From: Fibrobacteria bacterium
GTDB lineage: Bacteria; Fibrobacterota; Chitinivibrionia; Chitinivibrionales; FEN-1185
Reading direction: 5' to 3'
Length of the DNA stretch: 64,000 nt
Assembly (NCBI GenBank): GCA_037447435.1
Contig: JBBIGR010000006.1
Coordinates: 94,136 to 158,135, forward strand
Shown: piece by piece, positions 1 to 8,625 of the stretch
Position numbering within the stretch: the stretch's first letter is position 1
Layout of the letters: every line of letters begins with the position of its first letter
Position numbers and translations under genes: made by a program
The notes under the pieces: generated by a model
Databases searched by the model: none
The model's input: the letters and a program-made list of their open reading frames with translations, nothing else
What the model was told of the DNA's origin: nothing

Positions 1-496
1 CGCCTCAGCAAGCAATGTGACGGCGACAATCACCGGACTGCCGACAAACGGGGATGGAAAGTTCACGGTCGAATGGTATGACACCTGGAATGGCGGGTTT
101 GGCGCTGCGACAACGGTAAATGCAGCAAACGGTACATTGACATTGAATATCGGCACTCTTGCAAACGGAAACGGCACAAGTACCGACAAAGCATGCCGCA
201 TCACAAACCTGAATATTCCGGACAACGTTCTCGCGCATTCAGATAATATACTCGGAGAAAAACAATTCGGGTTCCGCAAAACAGGAAACTTGTTGGCTAT
301 TTTTGGTAACTTTGCCCGTGCAAACCAAATTTCGGTGTCGTTATTCGATATGAAGGGCAGAGCAATACTTGAAAAACATAGTATGAGTATTGTTAATAAT
401 TCCATGGAAATTAGTACCAAAACTTTGCCGTCGCAGTTTTACATCTTGAAGATCAAGGCTGATCTGAGAGTGGAATCGTTTAAAATAGCTTTATAA
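1..496 (+). CDS. C-terminal part of a secreted protein (beta-sandwich plus T9SS-type C-terminal domain), 5'-partial
   Basis: Frame is open to the window edge. VEWYDTWNG beta-rich domain, then ISVSLFDMKGR...FYILKIKAD..ESFKIAL, typical of a type-A C-terminal sorting domain. Confidence 0.75.
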   Translation, partial: ASASNVTATITGLPTNGDGKFTVEWYDTWNGGFGAATTVNAANGTLTLNIGTLANGNGTSTDKACRITNLNIPDNVLAHSDNILGEKQFGFRKTGNLLAIFGNFARANQISVSLFDMKGRAILEKHSMSIVNNSMEISTKTLPSQFYILKIKADLRVESFKIAL

Positions 497-529
497 GTAC
501 CATAAAAAAAAGCCACGAAAACATGGCCG

Positions 530-572
530 CCTCAACCCTATCCCCTTTCCGTAAACGGAGAGGGGAATGAGG
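530..572. repeat. REP-like hairpin repeat, copy 1
   Basis: CCTCA...CCCCTTTCCG-TAAA-CGGAGAGGGG..TGAGG between convergent genes; related to the copies at 24973 and 28770. Confidence 0.65.
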
Positions 573-578
573 ATCGCC

Positions 579-2000
579 TTACAGTTTAGGATCGACGATT
601 GATTGTTTGGACAAACGATACACATAGCTGCCGGATGCGACGGTTTCCAGCGCTTTAAGGCCGGAAGGGTTAACAATTCCGTTGACAATAGTCATTTCGC
701 AAATTGTTTTCCCTTGCAATGTAAACAGTCGTACTTTGAAATTTCCCGAGGCGGGTATTGCCGATTGCCAAGGGGAACGGCCATAGATCCCGTGTTGGAA
801 ATAAAACACGTCTGTTTTCTGATCTGCCGTTTCCATCCGTCCATGCACCGTTTTTGAGACCGACGTCGGAAAATATCCCAAATCGGCATGCGTCAAGGTA
901 GACCATTCGACAAAATGGTCTTCGCTGGTGCCGACAGGGCGGTTTTTGGTCGTCACGAACTTGTCGGTTACCGGAATGGGAACCTTTGCCCGGTACATAT
1001 AATGGTTCCGCCCTATTTCCCATCCGGGCCCGTGGAGATCGTCGCCGCTGCAGCTGACCGCACCGCAGGATTGCCCGACATTGAGCGGCGTTCCTAAAAA
1101 TTGATTCGCCATGAATTCCATGCCCATTGCCAATCGCGGAGTCGTTTGCGCATCCAGTTTGATTCCGTACAAATCAACGCCCTGATGCCAGGCGATTTCG
1201 GCAGCCTGCATCATCCCGATCAGGTTATATTCTTCATGATTGCAATCACGGCACGTTTCCATGACCAGTCCTGTTTTTTCTACCTGATAGGGCAGTAAAA
1301 ATTCATAAAACGCCCTTCCCGCATTGAACTTGGCCGTGTCATTTTCGAAAACACCTATGGCAAGCATTGACTCTGCGGCAGACGAGCCCCAGTTATTGGT
1401 ACGTTTGTCCGCGTAAATTAACTTAGTATAATTATACAAAGTATCCATCATTCCGCAAAACATCGCGATGTCGGCGCTTGCCCACCCTGCGGCACCTTTA
1501 TTGTAATACCGAATGATTTCCGCTCCTGCAATCCACGTCGGAATGACCCAGGCAGCTTCGAGTTGTCTTTGCGCATCGGAAGGAGTCATACCCCTAAACA
1601 CTTTGCTCCACGCATTATAAATCTGTATGGATTTGTCTTTGTTGGCACTGTTTCCGGTAATGACCCATTGCAGGGCATGAGCATAACCTGCCTGAGCGGC
1701 ATCACGGAAATTCGCCTCATCCGCCCCCACTCCCGATGCGACAACCGCTACTTGAGTCAAAGGATTGGGGTTATAGGAAAGGTTTGCATCGTAAAATGAT
1801 TTCATCGTCGTATAGCCGGTTTTCATCGGCGACGCGGCGCTTGCATTGACCGTTGCTTTAATGAAATCCAATTCTTCCTGGGAATTTAAAATCCCCGGAT
1901 GATTGAATTGGCATTGCGCTGAAAAGGCCATATACAAAAACAAAATCAAACCAGAAATTATTATTCTGGTTTGCAATACTCTGATTTTTTTTTCCGGCAT
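579..2000 (-). CDS. Secreted alginate-lyase-fold (PF05426-like) polysaccharide lyase with CTD
   Basis: Signal peptide; FNHPGIL start of the mature domain; NNW and ETCRDCNH motifs; C-terminal KVRLFTLQGK..GSYVYRL. Confidence 0.75.
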   Translation of the reverse strand: MPEKKIRVLQTRIIISGLILFLYMAFSAQCQFNHPGILNSQEELDFIKATVNASAASPMKTGYTTMKSFYDANLSYNPNPLTQVAVVASGVGADEANFRDAAQAGYAHALQWVITGNSANKDKSIQIYNAWSKVFRGMTPSDAQRQLEAAWVIPTWIAGAEIIRYYNKGAAGWASADIAMFCGMMDTLYNYTKLIYADKRTNNWGSSAAESMLAIGVFENDTAKFNAGRAFYEFLLPYQVEKTGLVMETCRDCNHEEYNLIGMMQAAEIAWHQGVDLYGIKLDAQTTPRLAMGMEFMANQFLGTPLNVGQSCGAVSCSGDDLHGPGWEIGRNHYMYRAKVPIPVTDKFVTTKNRPVGTSEDHFVEWSTLTHADLGYFPTSVSKTVHGRMETADQKTDVFYFQHGIYGRSPWQSAIPASGNFKVRLFTLQGKTICEMTIVNGIVNPSGLKALETVASGSYVYRLSKQSIVDPKL

Positions 2001-2099
2001 ATCGCCTCCGAATGTTTTTCATAATTTAACCGTTAAAACAAAAAAATGCGGTCAGGCCCAATGCTTTTATATTCTCAAAGCATTTTTCTTTTGTCGAAA

Positions 2100-2307
2100 T
2101 TTGTATACGGGGAGTTCCCACAATTGGAACCGATTTACTTTTTCTTAATTATCCATGCTAAAACGGTTTTTAACAATCATTAATTAAGAAAAACAGAGCC
2201 CCTATATCGAAAATGTACAGCAACCCCGGGAAAAAGCTATTTACATTTCAATCTGTTTTATATACAAAGCACATAACACCTACATTTGTATACGCTTTTT
2301 GTATACA
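2100..2307. promoter_or_regulatory. Cluster of TTGTATACA-like palindromes (candidate GntR-family operators)
   Basis: TTTGTATACG 2100-2109, TTATATACAA 2258-2267, TTTGTATACG 2285-2294 and TTTGTATACA 2298-2307 in a divergent promoter region. Confidence 0.45.
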
Positions 2308-2417
2308 TGTAATATACACAACTTGTGACTTTTGAACATAAAATTAATGGTTTTATCAATAGCCTTTTCTAATATTTTACCGGTTATTATACATATCAAG
2401 AAAGGACAATATAAGAA

Positions 2418-4619
2418 ATGAACGATTTAAACCGAATAATAAAAATCCTTATCCTTAGTCTTTTTATCCTGCATTCGGCATTTGCTATTGACGATTCCTA
2501 TAAAACCACATTAACAACCCTTTGCGATGCTTTGCTCCCCACTCAAATCACCGACAAGACAAACGCAAATTACGGTGCGCTTATTTGCCCGTCGAAAAAT
2601 CCCGATGTCAACAAAATCCATTCGCGCGCTGCAGAAGCGGTATACCCTTTTGCCGTTGAGTATACCTTGACGGGGAACACAAAATACCGGGACGCGGCAG
2701 TCATTCTGGGAAACTGGCTCGTTACAATACAGGAAACAACGGGAAAAATCGGAGGGTGGAGCGAAGATTGGCCCGATCCGACACAGGCCGGTTGGTATGG
2801 AACAACGGCGGATCAATTGATTTCACTTGCCGGCGCATATCCCATCGTAAAACCATTTCTGAGCGCGACCGAAAGCGCCAACTGGGACAACGCAATAGGA
2901 AAAGCGGCGGACTATGTAAAAGGGAGTTTTCCCGTATCTAATGTAAATTACAACGCGATCGGCGGGGCTGCGCTTTTTCTCGCATCCACGGTCGTGGCAG
3001 CCCCGAAAACATCATGGGTCGCGAAAGCCGACACATTGATAACAAGGAATACGTTCGACAGCATCGGCACCGACAATTTGCTCCGCGGCGAGGGCAAGGG
3101 CGTTGACGAAGGGTACGATATGGCCCAAAGCATCGGCTACGTGGCGTTGTATTCGATTCTTGCGAAAAGTGCCGTTGCCAAACAGAAAGCAGCCGACATG
3201 CTGCACGCGCATTTCAATTTTGTCTATCCAAACGGCTCGGTGGACAATTCCTGGGGAACGCGGTCCTATAAATGGGGCTATGAAAGCGGGACAAAAACCG
3301 CTCCCGGCGTCTATTTCAGTTTTGCATTGCTTGCCGACGTCGACCCGGCCTTTGGTGCGGCCGGATTGCAATGCCTCCAATATCTCGGGACAAAATGCCT
3401 CGACAACGGCTGGGTCACCTACGGTCCGCATGCACATAAACATGCGTCAAGCAATCCGCCGTGCAATTACCAGACATTCGCTCGCGCCCAAAGTATCGCC
3501 CTTGCAATCGAATACGCTCCGTCGGCAACGGCGACTTCACCGTTTCCCGCACAAACATTGAACTGGTACAAATTTTTCCCTTTAATAAACGTTGCGGTCG
3601 TACGGACCAAAAACATCATGGCAACGGTTTCGGCGTACGGAGAAATAAGGACGTATTCTCGCAATACGGTTCCAAAGGGAGGGAGCGTATCCAACCTTTG
3701 GTATACGGGATTCGGCGATAACGGTTACTTGCAATCGTCGTCCGCAACGATTTACACACGAACGGAAACGATGCACATGCCGACCGAAGACAATCCGGTA
3801 CCGCTTCCGTTGACACCTCGAATAGAATGCACCGTGGCCGCATCCTACTACACGAACCTGTTTGAGACAAACGCAACCATGAACGTGACGCAAAACAGCG
3901 ACAATGTCGGCGTCACGACCTCGGGCAAGTTCACATCGCAAACCGGCACCACTGCGGGAATGAATTTCACGGTTTCCAACAAGTTTTTCGATTCCAAGGT
4001 GCAAAAGCAATATTCGGTTTCGGGAGCCGCAGGCTCGTTTAAAATCATTGAACCGTTTGTCAATGATTCCGGAACGGTTTTTACGAAATCGGGAACGAAC
4101 ACCGTTGCGATTACCCCAAAATCCGGACCGACGTGGACATTGACCGTAGACAGCGCGACCGTCCCTTATTCTTTGACAACCGGTACCGATTCGTCGAGAT
4201 ACTGGTGCCCCTTTCCGGGAATCGAAGCATATCCGGCAATCATCGCTTTCACCACGACCAACGCGAATACGCAAACGATAACGCTGTCGATAAGCGGTCC
4301 TGCAAACGTGCCTAGTATGTCGATTGCTACGGATGGTAAATTTCCGAACGCGACTCCCCCCTTAAAACTATTTCCCCGCAAAAACGGTATGATTGGGATT
4401 CAATGTCATCTTGACAAAGAAGCGTTTGTGGTAATCAACGCGTTTTCGATGAATGGAAAACATATAGCAACACCCTATGCCGGGCATCTGAACGCCGGGG
4501 TTTCGACTATTGGTTGGAACGGCAAAGATCCTGCGAATAGACCTGTTACACATGGCATTTGCATTTGCTCAATGAAAATCAACGGAGTACAAGCCGCTTT
4601 GGATATTTTGAGGCTGTAA
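2418..4619 (+). CDS. Secreted hypothetical protein; probable alpha-helical toroid plus beta-sandwich carbohydrate-active enzyme, with FlgD-Ig/T9SS-type CTD
   Basis: 733 aa with a signal peptide. Helical N-half (NVNYN, DEGY, DNSWGTRSYKW), beta-rich C-half, and WNGKD..RPVTHG C-terminal domain. Flanked by lyases and GH88. Confidence 0.6.
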   Translation: MNDLNRIIKILILSLFILHSAFAIDDSYKTTLTTLCDALLPTQITDKTNANYGALICPSKNPDVNKIHSRAAEAVYPFAVEYTLTGNTKYRDAAVILGNWLVTIQETTGKIGGWSEDWPDPTQAGWYGTTADQLISLAGAYPIVKPFLSATESANWDNAIGKAADYVKGSFPVSNVNYNAIGGAALFLASTVVAAPKTSWVAKADTLITRNTFDSIGTDNLLRGEGKGVDEGYDMAQSIGYVALYSILAKSAVAKQKAADMLHAHFNFVYPNGSVDNSWGTRSYKWGYESGTKTAPGVYFSFALLADVDPAFGAAGLQCLQYLGTKCLDNGWVTYGPHAHKHASSNPPCNYQTFARAQSIALAIEYAPSATATSPFPAQTLNWYKFFPLINVAVVRTKNIMATVSAYGEIRTYSRNTVPKGGSVSNLWYTGFGDNGYLQSSSATIYTRTETMHMPTEDNPVPLPLTPRIECTVAASYYTNLFETNATMNVTQNSDNVGVTTSGKFTSQTGTTAGMNFTVSNKFFDSKVQKQYSVSGAAGSFKIIEPFVNDSGTVFTKSGTNTVAITPKSGPTWTLTVDSATVPYSLTTGTDSSRYWCPFPGIEAYPAIIAFTTTNANTQTITLSISGPANVPSMSIATDGKFPNATPPLKLFPRKNGMIGIQCHLDKEAFVVINAFSMNGKHIATPYAGHLNAGVSTIGWNGKDPANRPVTHGICICSMKINGVQAALDILRL

Positions 4620-4670
4620 ATACGCCGGTTGCGTTGGCATGGCATTCGGAAAAGCCCCGAGTGAAATGCT

Positions 4671-6128
4671 TTACTTGTTAAAAATACGGAAAGAGGAAAC
4701 CGTGCGGCCCGTGCCTATTTGCACGGCATAACAGCCGGACGGATAATTTCTTAAATCAAGTACCCGATTCGATTGCGTCTCCGGTTTGGCCAGAATTTTT
4801 TTGCCTGCAAAATCGTACACTGAAATTCCGACCGGTTTATCCGCGGGTGAATTGACAATAAACAAACCTTTTTGTGCGGACGGAATAATTGCCGGCCCGC
4901 TCACAATTGCTTTGCGACCTGTTTTAAGAGCAATGTTATTCGTCGCATCGTCTACGGCCTTGAGACGAAGCAATCCTTCGAGGTAATAATAATCCGCATA
5001 CACGAGCGGGACATCGATTTCCGAGGCCCCGGGCAGGTTTCCCGTCGAATGTTTGAGGATGAAATTACCGTTGGTATTGGGCGCGGCAAAATAAGCGGAT
5101 GACGAAAGACTCGTCAGAATGGCTCGCGCTTTCTGCACATAGGTTGCTTGCTTGACTTGATCGGCAAATCCACTCAGTTCAATAAGGGCCGAAGCTGTCA
5201 CTGCTGCAGCGGAAGCATCGCGGGGCGGATTGGTTGATGCGGGTGCATCGTAATCCCATAGGGGAATGAGGTCGGACGGCAATTTCGGACTGTTGAGGAT
5301 ATACTCTGCGATACGGCAGGCCTGATTGAGATACGCAGTGTCATGCGTTTCTCGGTACATGAACGTGTAACCGTAAAGCCCCCATGCTTGTCCGCGGGCC
5401 CATGACGAGGAATCGGCATAGCCCTGATAGGTTTGCTTGGCAGTGACAGCGCCGGTCGTGGAATCGTAATTGACAAGATGATAACTGCTGTAATTAGGCC
5501 GGAAATGGTTCTTTTTTGTCGTGTTCGCATGGTTAATGGCGATTTTGATATAACTGCTGTCTTTGGATTGTCCGGTAACGTGACACAGCAATTCAAGATT
5601 CATCATGTTGTCGATGATGACCGGATATCCGGTGTAAAAGTCCCAGGATTTGATCGCTTTGACCGTTGAGCGGTAACGGGTGGACAACGACTTGGCACCC
5701 TGCAACAGAACAGCCTCGTATTTGGCTTTGTCGGCAGAAGAAACAAACGGCAGACCTTTTCCGTAACTGCAATACAGAATAAAGCCCACGTCATGGGAAT
5801 TTGTTTTGTATTTTGCGGAATCGAGCGAAAGCGTCCATTGCGACGCGCGGGACTTCCAAACGGAATCCCTTGTGTAATCGTACATTTGCCACAGGCAACC
5901 GGCGAAAAATCCGCTTGTCCAATCGGAATAGACCACGGTTTTGACCGTATTGTTTGCGTTGATGGTGCGAGGAAACGCTTTGGTACTGCTTACGCTTGCG
6001 ACCAACCGGGCCAATTGATTTTTAGAAGAATCGAGCGCAGTTATATAAAAAGCATTTGCCGCATAGGAAGAAAACGACAACGCAACGGCGTAAATACCGA
6101 TTTGGCGTATGATTCGAAAGTTTTTCAT
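4671..6128 (-). CDS. GH88 unsaturated glucuronyl hydrolase, secreted, with CTD
   Basis: SHDVGF, IIDNMMNLELL, SSWARGQAW, RDASAAA and YADYYYLE motifs; signal peptide from ATG 6128; C-terminal ISVYDFAGK..GCYAVQI. Confidence 0.92.
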   Translation of the reverse strand: MKNFRIIRQIGIYAVALSFSSYAANAFYITALDSSKNQLARLVASVSSTKAFPRTINANNTVKTVVYSDWTSGFFAGCLWQMYDYTRDSVWKSRASQWTLSLDSAKYKTNSHDVGFILYCSYGKGLPFVSSADKAKYEAVLLQGAKSLSTRYRSTVKAIKSWDFYTGYPVIIDNMMNLELLCHVTGQSKDSSYIKIAINHANTTKKNHFRPNYSSYHLVNYDSTTGAVTAKQTYQGYADSSSWARGQAWGLYGYTFMYRETHDTAYLNQACRIAEYILNSPKLPSDLIPLWDYDAPASTNPPRDASAAAVTASALIELSGFADQVKQATYVQKARAILTSLSSSAYFAAPNTNGNFILKHSTGNLPGASEIDVPLVYADYYYLEGLLRLKAVDDATNNIALKTGRKAIVSGPAIIPSAQKGLFIVNSPADKPVGISVYDFAGKKILAKPETQSNRVLDLRNYPSGCYAVQIGTGRTVSSFRIFNK

Positions 6129-6181
6129 AGGTTTCCTATGCAGGTAAAAAGTCACACAACCGCACTTGTTCCCCGTAACGC

Positions 6182-7624
6182 CTACCGCGTTCCCTGAACC
6201 ACTTTTTCGCTTCTGACAACCTTATCGTTTTGCATGATGCAGCGGATAAAAACACCGTTTGCCGACGGCGCTTTACCGGCAACGGTATGAATCAGTTTTC
6301 CGGATGCCGAATAATATTTGATTTCCTGGTTTTTGCGCAATAATGAAACATTGCCCACCCCGGTCCCGCTTCCCGGACTTTGCACCTTTGTGGGAGCTGG
6401 AATTGCGAAAAGAGTAAAGTCTCTCAGCGTTTTGATCGATTTTTGGTTCGGCAGTTTTTTCAACTGCTGTTCGTAATAGCTACCGCCGTATTTCAGGGTG
6501 GCCATCCGAAGCATCGGCAGAAATTCGGAATAATCGAACGGGTCGGCCGCAGGATCGACATTTCTTGTCCAATGCACCGCAGAATCGGCATAAGGTGCTA
6601 TGTAATCGATTGCCTTTTTCAGGCTTTGCCCTTTGGGGCCTTTGTAATTCCAAAGGTCTATATTGACAAATTCAGCCATTCGCGCGAGACGGAACATTGC
6701 CTCCAAATTAAAGCACAGATAATGCAACGGCCGCGTACGCGCAGATTCCTGCGGTTGATCCCCGTTTGTATCGATTTGGGTATTTATACGGGTTTTGACG
6801 CCGTTTAAAATAGTCGTTGCAACCGTTGTCTGGCCCAGGTACAGGGCATAATACGCTGCCTGCACATCGTACCATGTTCCATGATTATTCGTCGCATTCT
6901 TTTCCTGTAAAGCCATCGAATTCGTGGAAAGCCAGTTTAAATAGTCGGTGAACCACTTGTTCAGCGTATCGTCGGATGTTTTGTCCCAATAGGGAGTTCC
7001 TTTTAAAAGGCTCACCGCGTCAAGCAAACCCCTGTTGGTGCGGGAGGCAATAATACCCTCCGGACGCCCTGTAGAAACGCCGGGCCAGGCCTGAGCATAG
7101 TTCATATTGGGATTCATTTTAGTTGCGGCATTTAAAAACCAAACCTTGATGCACGTATCTATTTTTTGAGCATATTTCGGATTTTGGGTAAAATAATACG
7201 CAAAGCCCATTTGTTCCATGCATCGCTGCATTGTTTGAAAACGGTTGTCGTCGTAGGCCGGTCCTTGAGTCGCAGGATTTGTTTGTCCGTCTTTTGACAA
7301 ATAGGGTAAGCCATTGCTTTTAGTCGGATCGGGCCATAAATAAATCCCGATCCCGTAAAAATCATGCTTATTACCGCTTGCGCCGACCAATGTTTTATCC
7401 ATGACGGTCCACGGCCCCTGTTGGATCATACTGTCGGCATCATGGATGATTTTATCATAGGAAGTTATGAAGGTGGAATCTTTTGCGGCAAGAGCGGTTT
7501 TAGCCTGTTTCCACACATCGGCATAGTAATTAAATACCTTAAAAGTCGCAGGATCTGCTTGCGAAAAAGCAAACGAAGTGAGACATGCAATACCGCACAA
7601 TGTCAAAATAACCTTTTTATGCAT
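6182..7624 (-). CDS. Polysaccharide lyase, PL38-like (glucuronan/alginate lyase), secreted, with short CTD
   Basis: ASGNKHDF..YLWPDP..GLPY..DGQTNP, MNPNMNYAQ, NNHGTWYDVQ and ESARTRPLHY motifs. Confidence 0.8.
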   Translation of the reverse strand: MHKKVILTLCGIACLTSFAFSQADPATFKVFNYYADVWKQAKTALAAKDSTFITSYDKIIHDADSMIQQGPWTVMDKTLVGASGNKHDFYGIGIYLWPDPTKSNGLPYLSKDGQTNPATQGPAYDDNRFQTMQRCMEQMGFAYYFTQNPKYAQKIDTCIKVWFLNAATKMNPNMNYAQAWPGVSTGRPEGIIASRTNRGLLDAVSLLKGTPYWDKTSDDTLNKWFTDYLNWLSTNSMALQEKNATNNHGTWYDVQAAYYALYLGQTTVATTILNGVKTRINTQIDTNGDQPQESARTRPLHYLCFNLEAMFRLARMAEFVNIDLWNYKGPKGQSLKKAIDYIAPYADSAVHWTRNVDPAADPFDYSEFLPMLRMATLKYGGSYYEQQLKKLPNQKSIKTLRDFTLFAIPAPTKVQSPGSGTGVGNVSLLRKNQEIKYYSASGKLIHTVAGKAPSANGVFIRCIMQNDKVVRSEKVVQGTR

Positions 7625-7866
7625 AAAACGTTCCTTTTTAATTTTAAGATTGCTACGTATTAAACATCGGTGTTATTCGCATAAAATGCTATTGATGATT
7701 GCATCTATTTTATGTACAATAGTCACAATTACACATTTATGAACTATGGTGCTCTCTTTAAAGCATTTTTAAGTATATAACAGCACATGTTTTTTCTATT
7801 ATTTGTTGTTTGGCTGGGTGATCGGCATTATCGGGAAAATTTATCAACAGTTTTGGGGAAAAGAAT

Positions 7867-8565
7867 ATGGCATCGCAAATCCGAATCGACAGAATGCTTT
7901 CCAACCTCGGTTACTGTACGCGCAAAGAAGCAAAAGCGCGCGCAAGGGACGGAAGGATTTTAAATAAAGGTATACTCGTCACCGATGTCTCGGCGCATGC
8001 GGATCCGCATGATATCGTCATGGACGACGAACCGTTGGACCATCCCGACGGCATTTATATTGCGCTCAATAAACCGGCAGGCCTGGTTTGTTCGCATGAA
8101 ACAAGGGACGGCACCAATGTATACAGCCTGCTCCCCTGGCAATGGCTGATGCGGAACCCAAAAGTTTCGAGCGTGGGAAGACTTGACAAAGATACTACCG
8201 GATTGTTGCTTATTACGGACGATACGGCATTTGTCCATCGCATGATAAGCCCCATACACCATGTGAAAAAAGTGTATCTGGTGGAACTGGACAAACACCC
8301 GGACGATTCCCTCATTGCTCAATTTGCAAGCGGTACGATACTTTTGGAAAAAGAAACAAAACCCTGTAAACCTGCAGGCCTTAAAATCCTCGGCAACAGG
8401 CAATGCGAGGTCACGCTTTTAGAGGGAAAATATCATCAGATCAAGCGTATGTTTGAAGCTTTTGGCTATTCGGTGACCAAATTGCATCGGCAAACATTCG
8501 GCAATTTATCCGTCGATGGTATTTTGGAAGGCCAATACGTGGAGTTTGACCCAAAGAGCGTCTGA
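7867..8565 (+). CDS. rsuA: RsuA-family rRNA pseudouridine synthase
   Basis: S4 domain (RIDRMLSN), LNKPAG, GRLDKDTTGLLL catalytic Asp motif, EGKYHQIKRMF. Confidence 0.88.
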   Translation: MASQIRIDRMLSNLGYCTRKEAKARARDGRILNKGILVTDVSAHADPHDIVMDDEPLDHPDGIYIALNKPAGLVCSHETRDGTNVYSLLPWQWLMRNPKVSSVGRLDKDTTGLLLITDDTAFVHRMISPIHHVKKVYLVELDKHPDDSLIAQFASGTILLEKETKPCKPAGLKILGNRQCEVTLLEGKYHQIKRMFEAFGYSVTKLHRQTFGNLSVDGILEGQYVEFDPKSV

Positions 8566-8570
8566 ACATT

Positions 8571-8608
8571 AAAGCCCTGTCTGCCGAATGGTAAACAGGG
8601 CTTTTTTT
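8571..8608. terminator. Intrinsic terminator between convergent genes
   Basis: AAAGCCCTGT-loop-ACAGGGCTTT followed by a T run. Confidence 0.8.
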
Positions 8609-8625
8609 AATGTGACGTTACCCTA

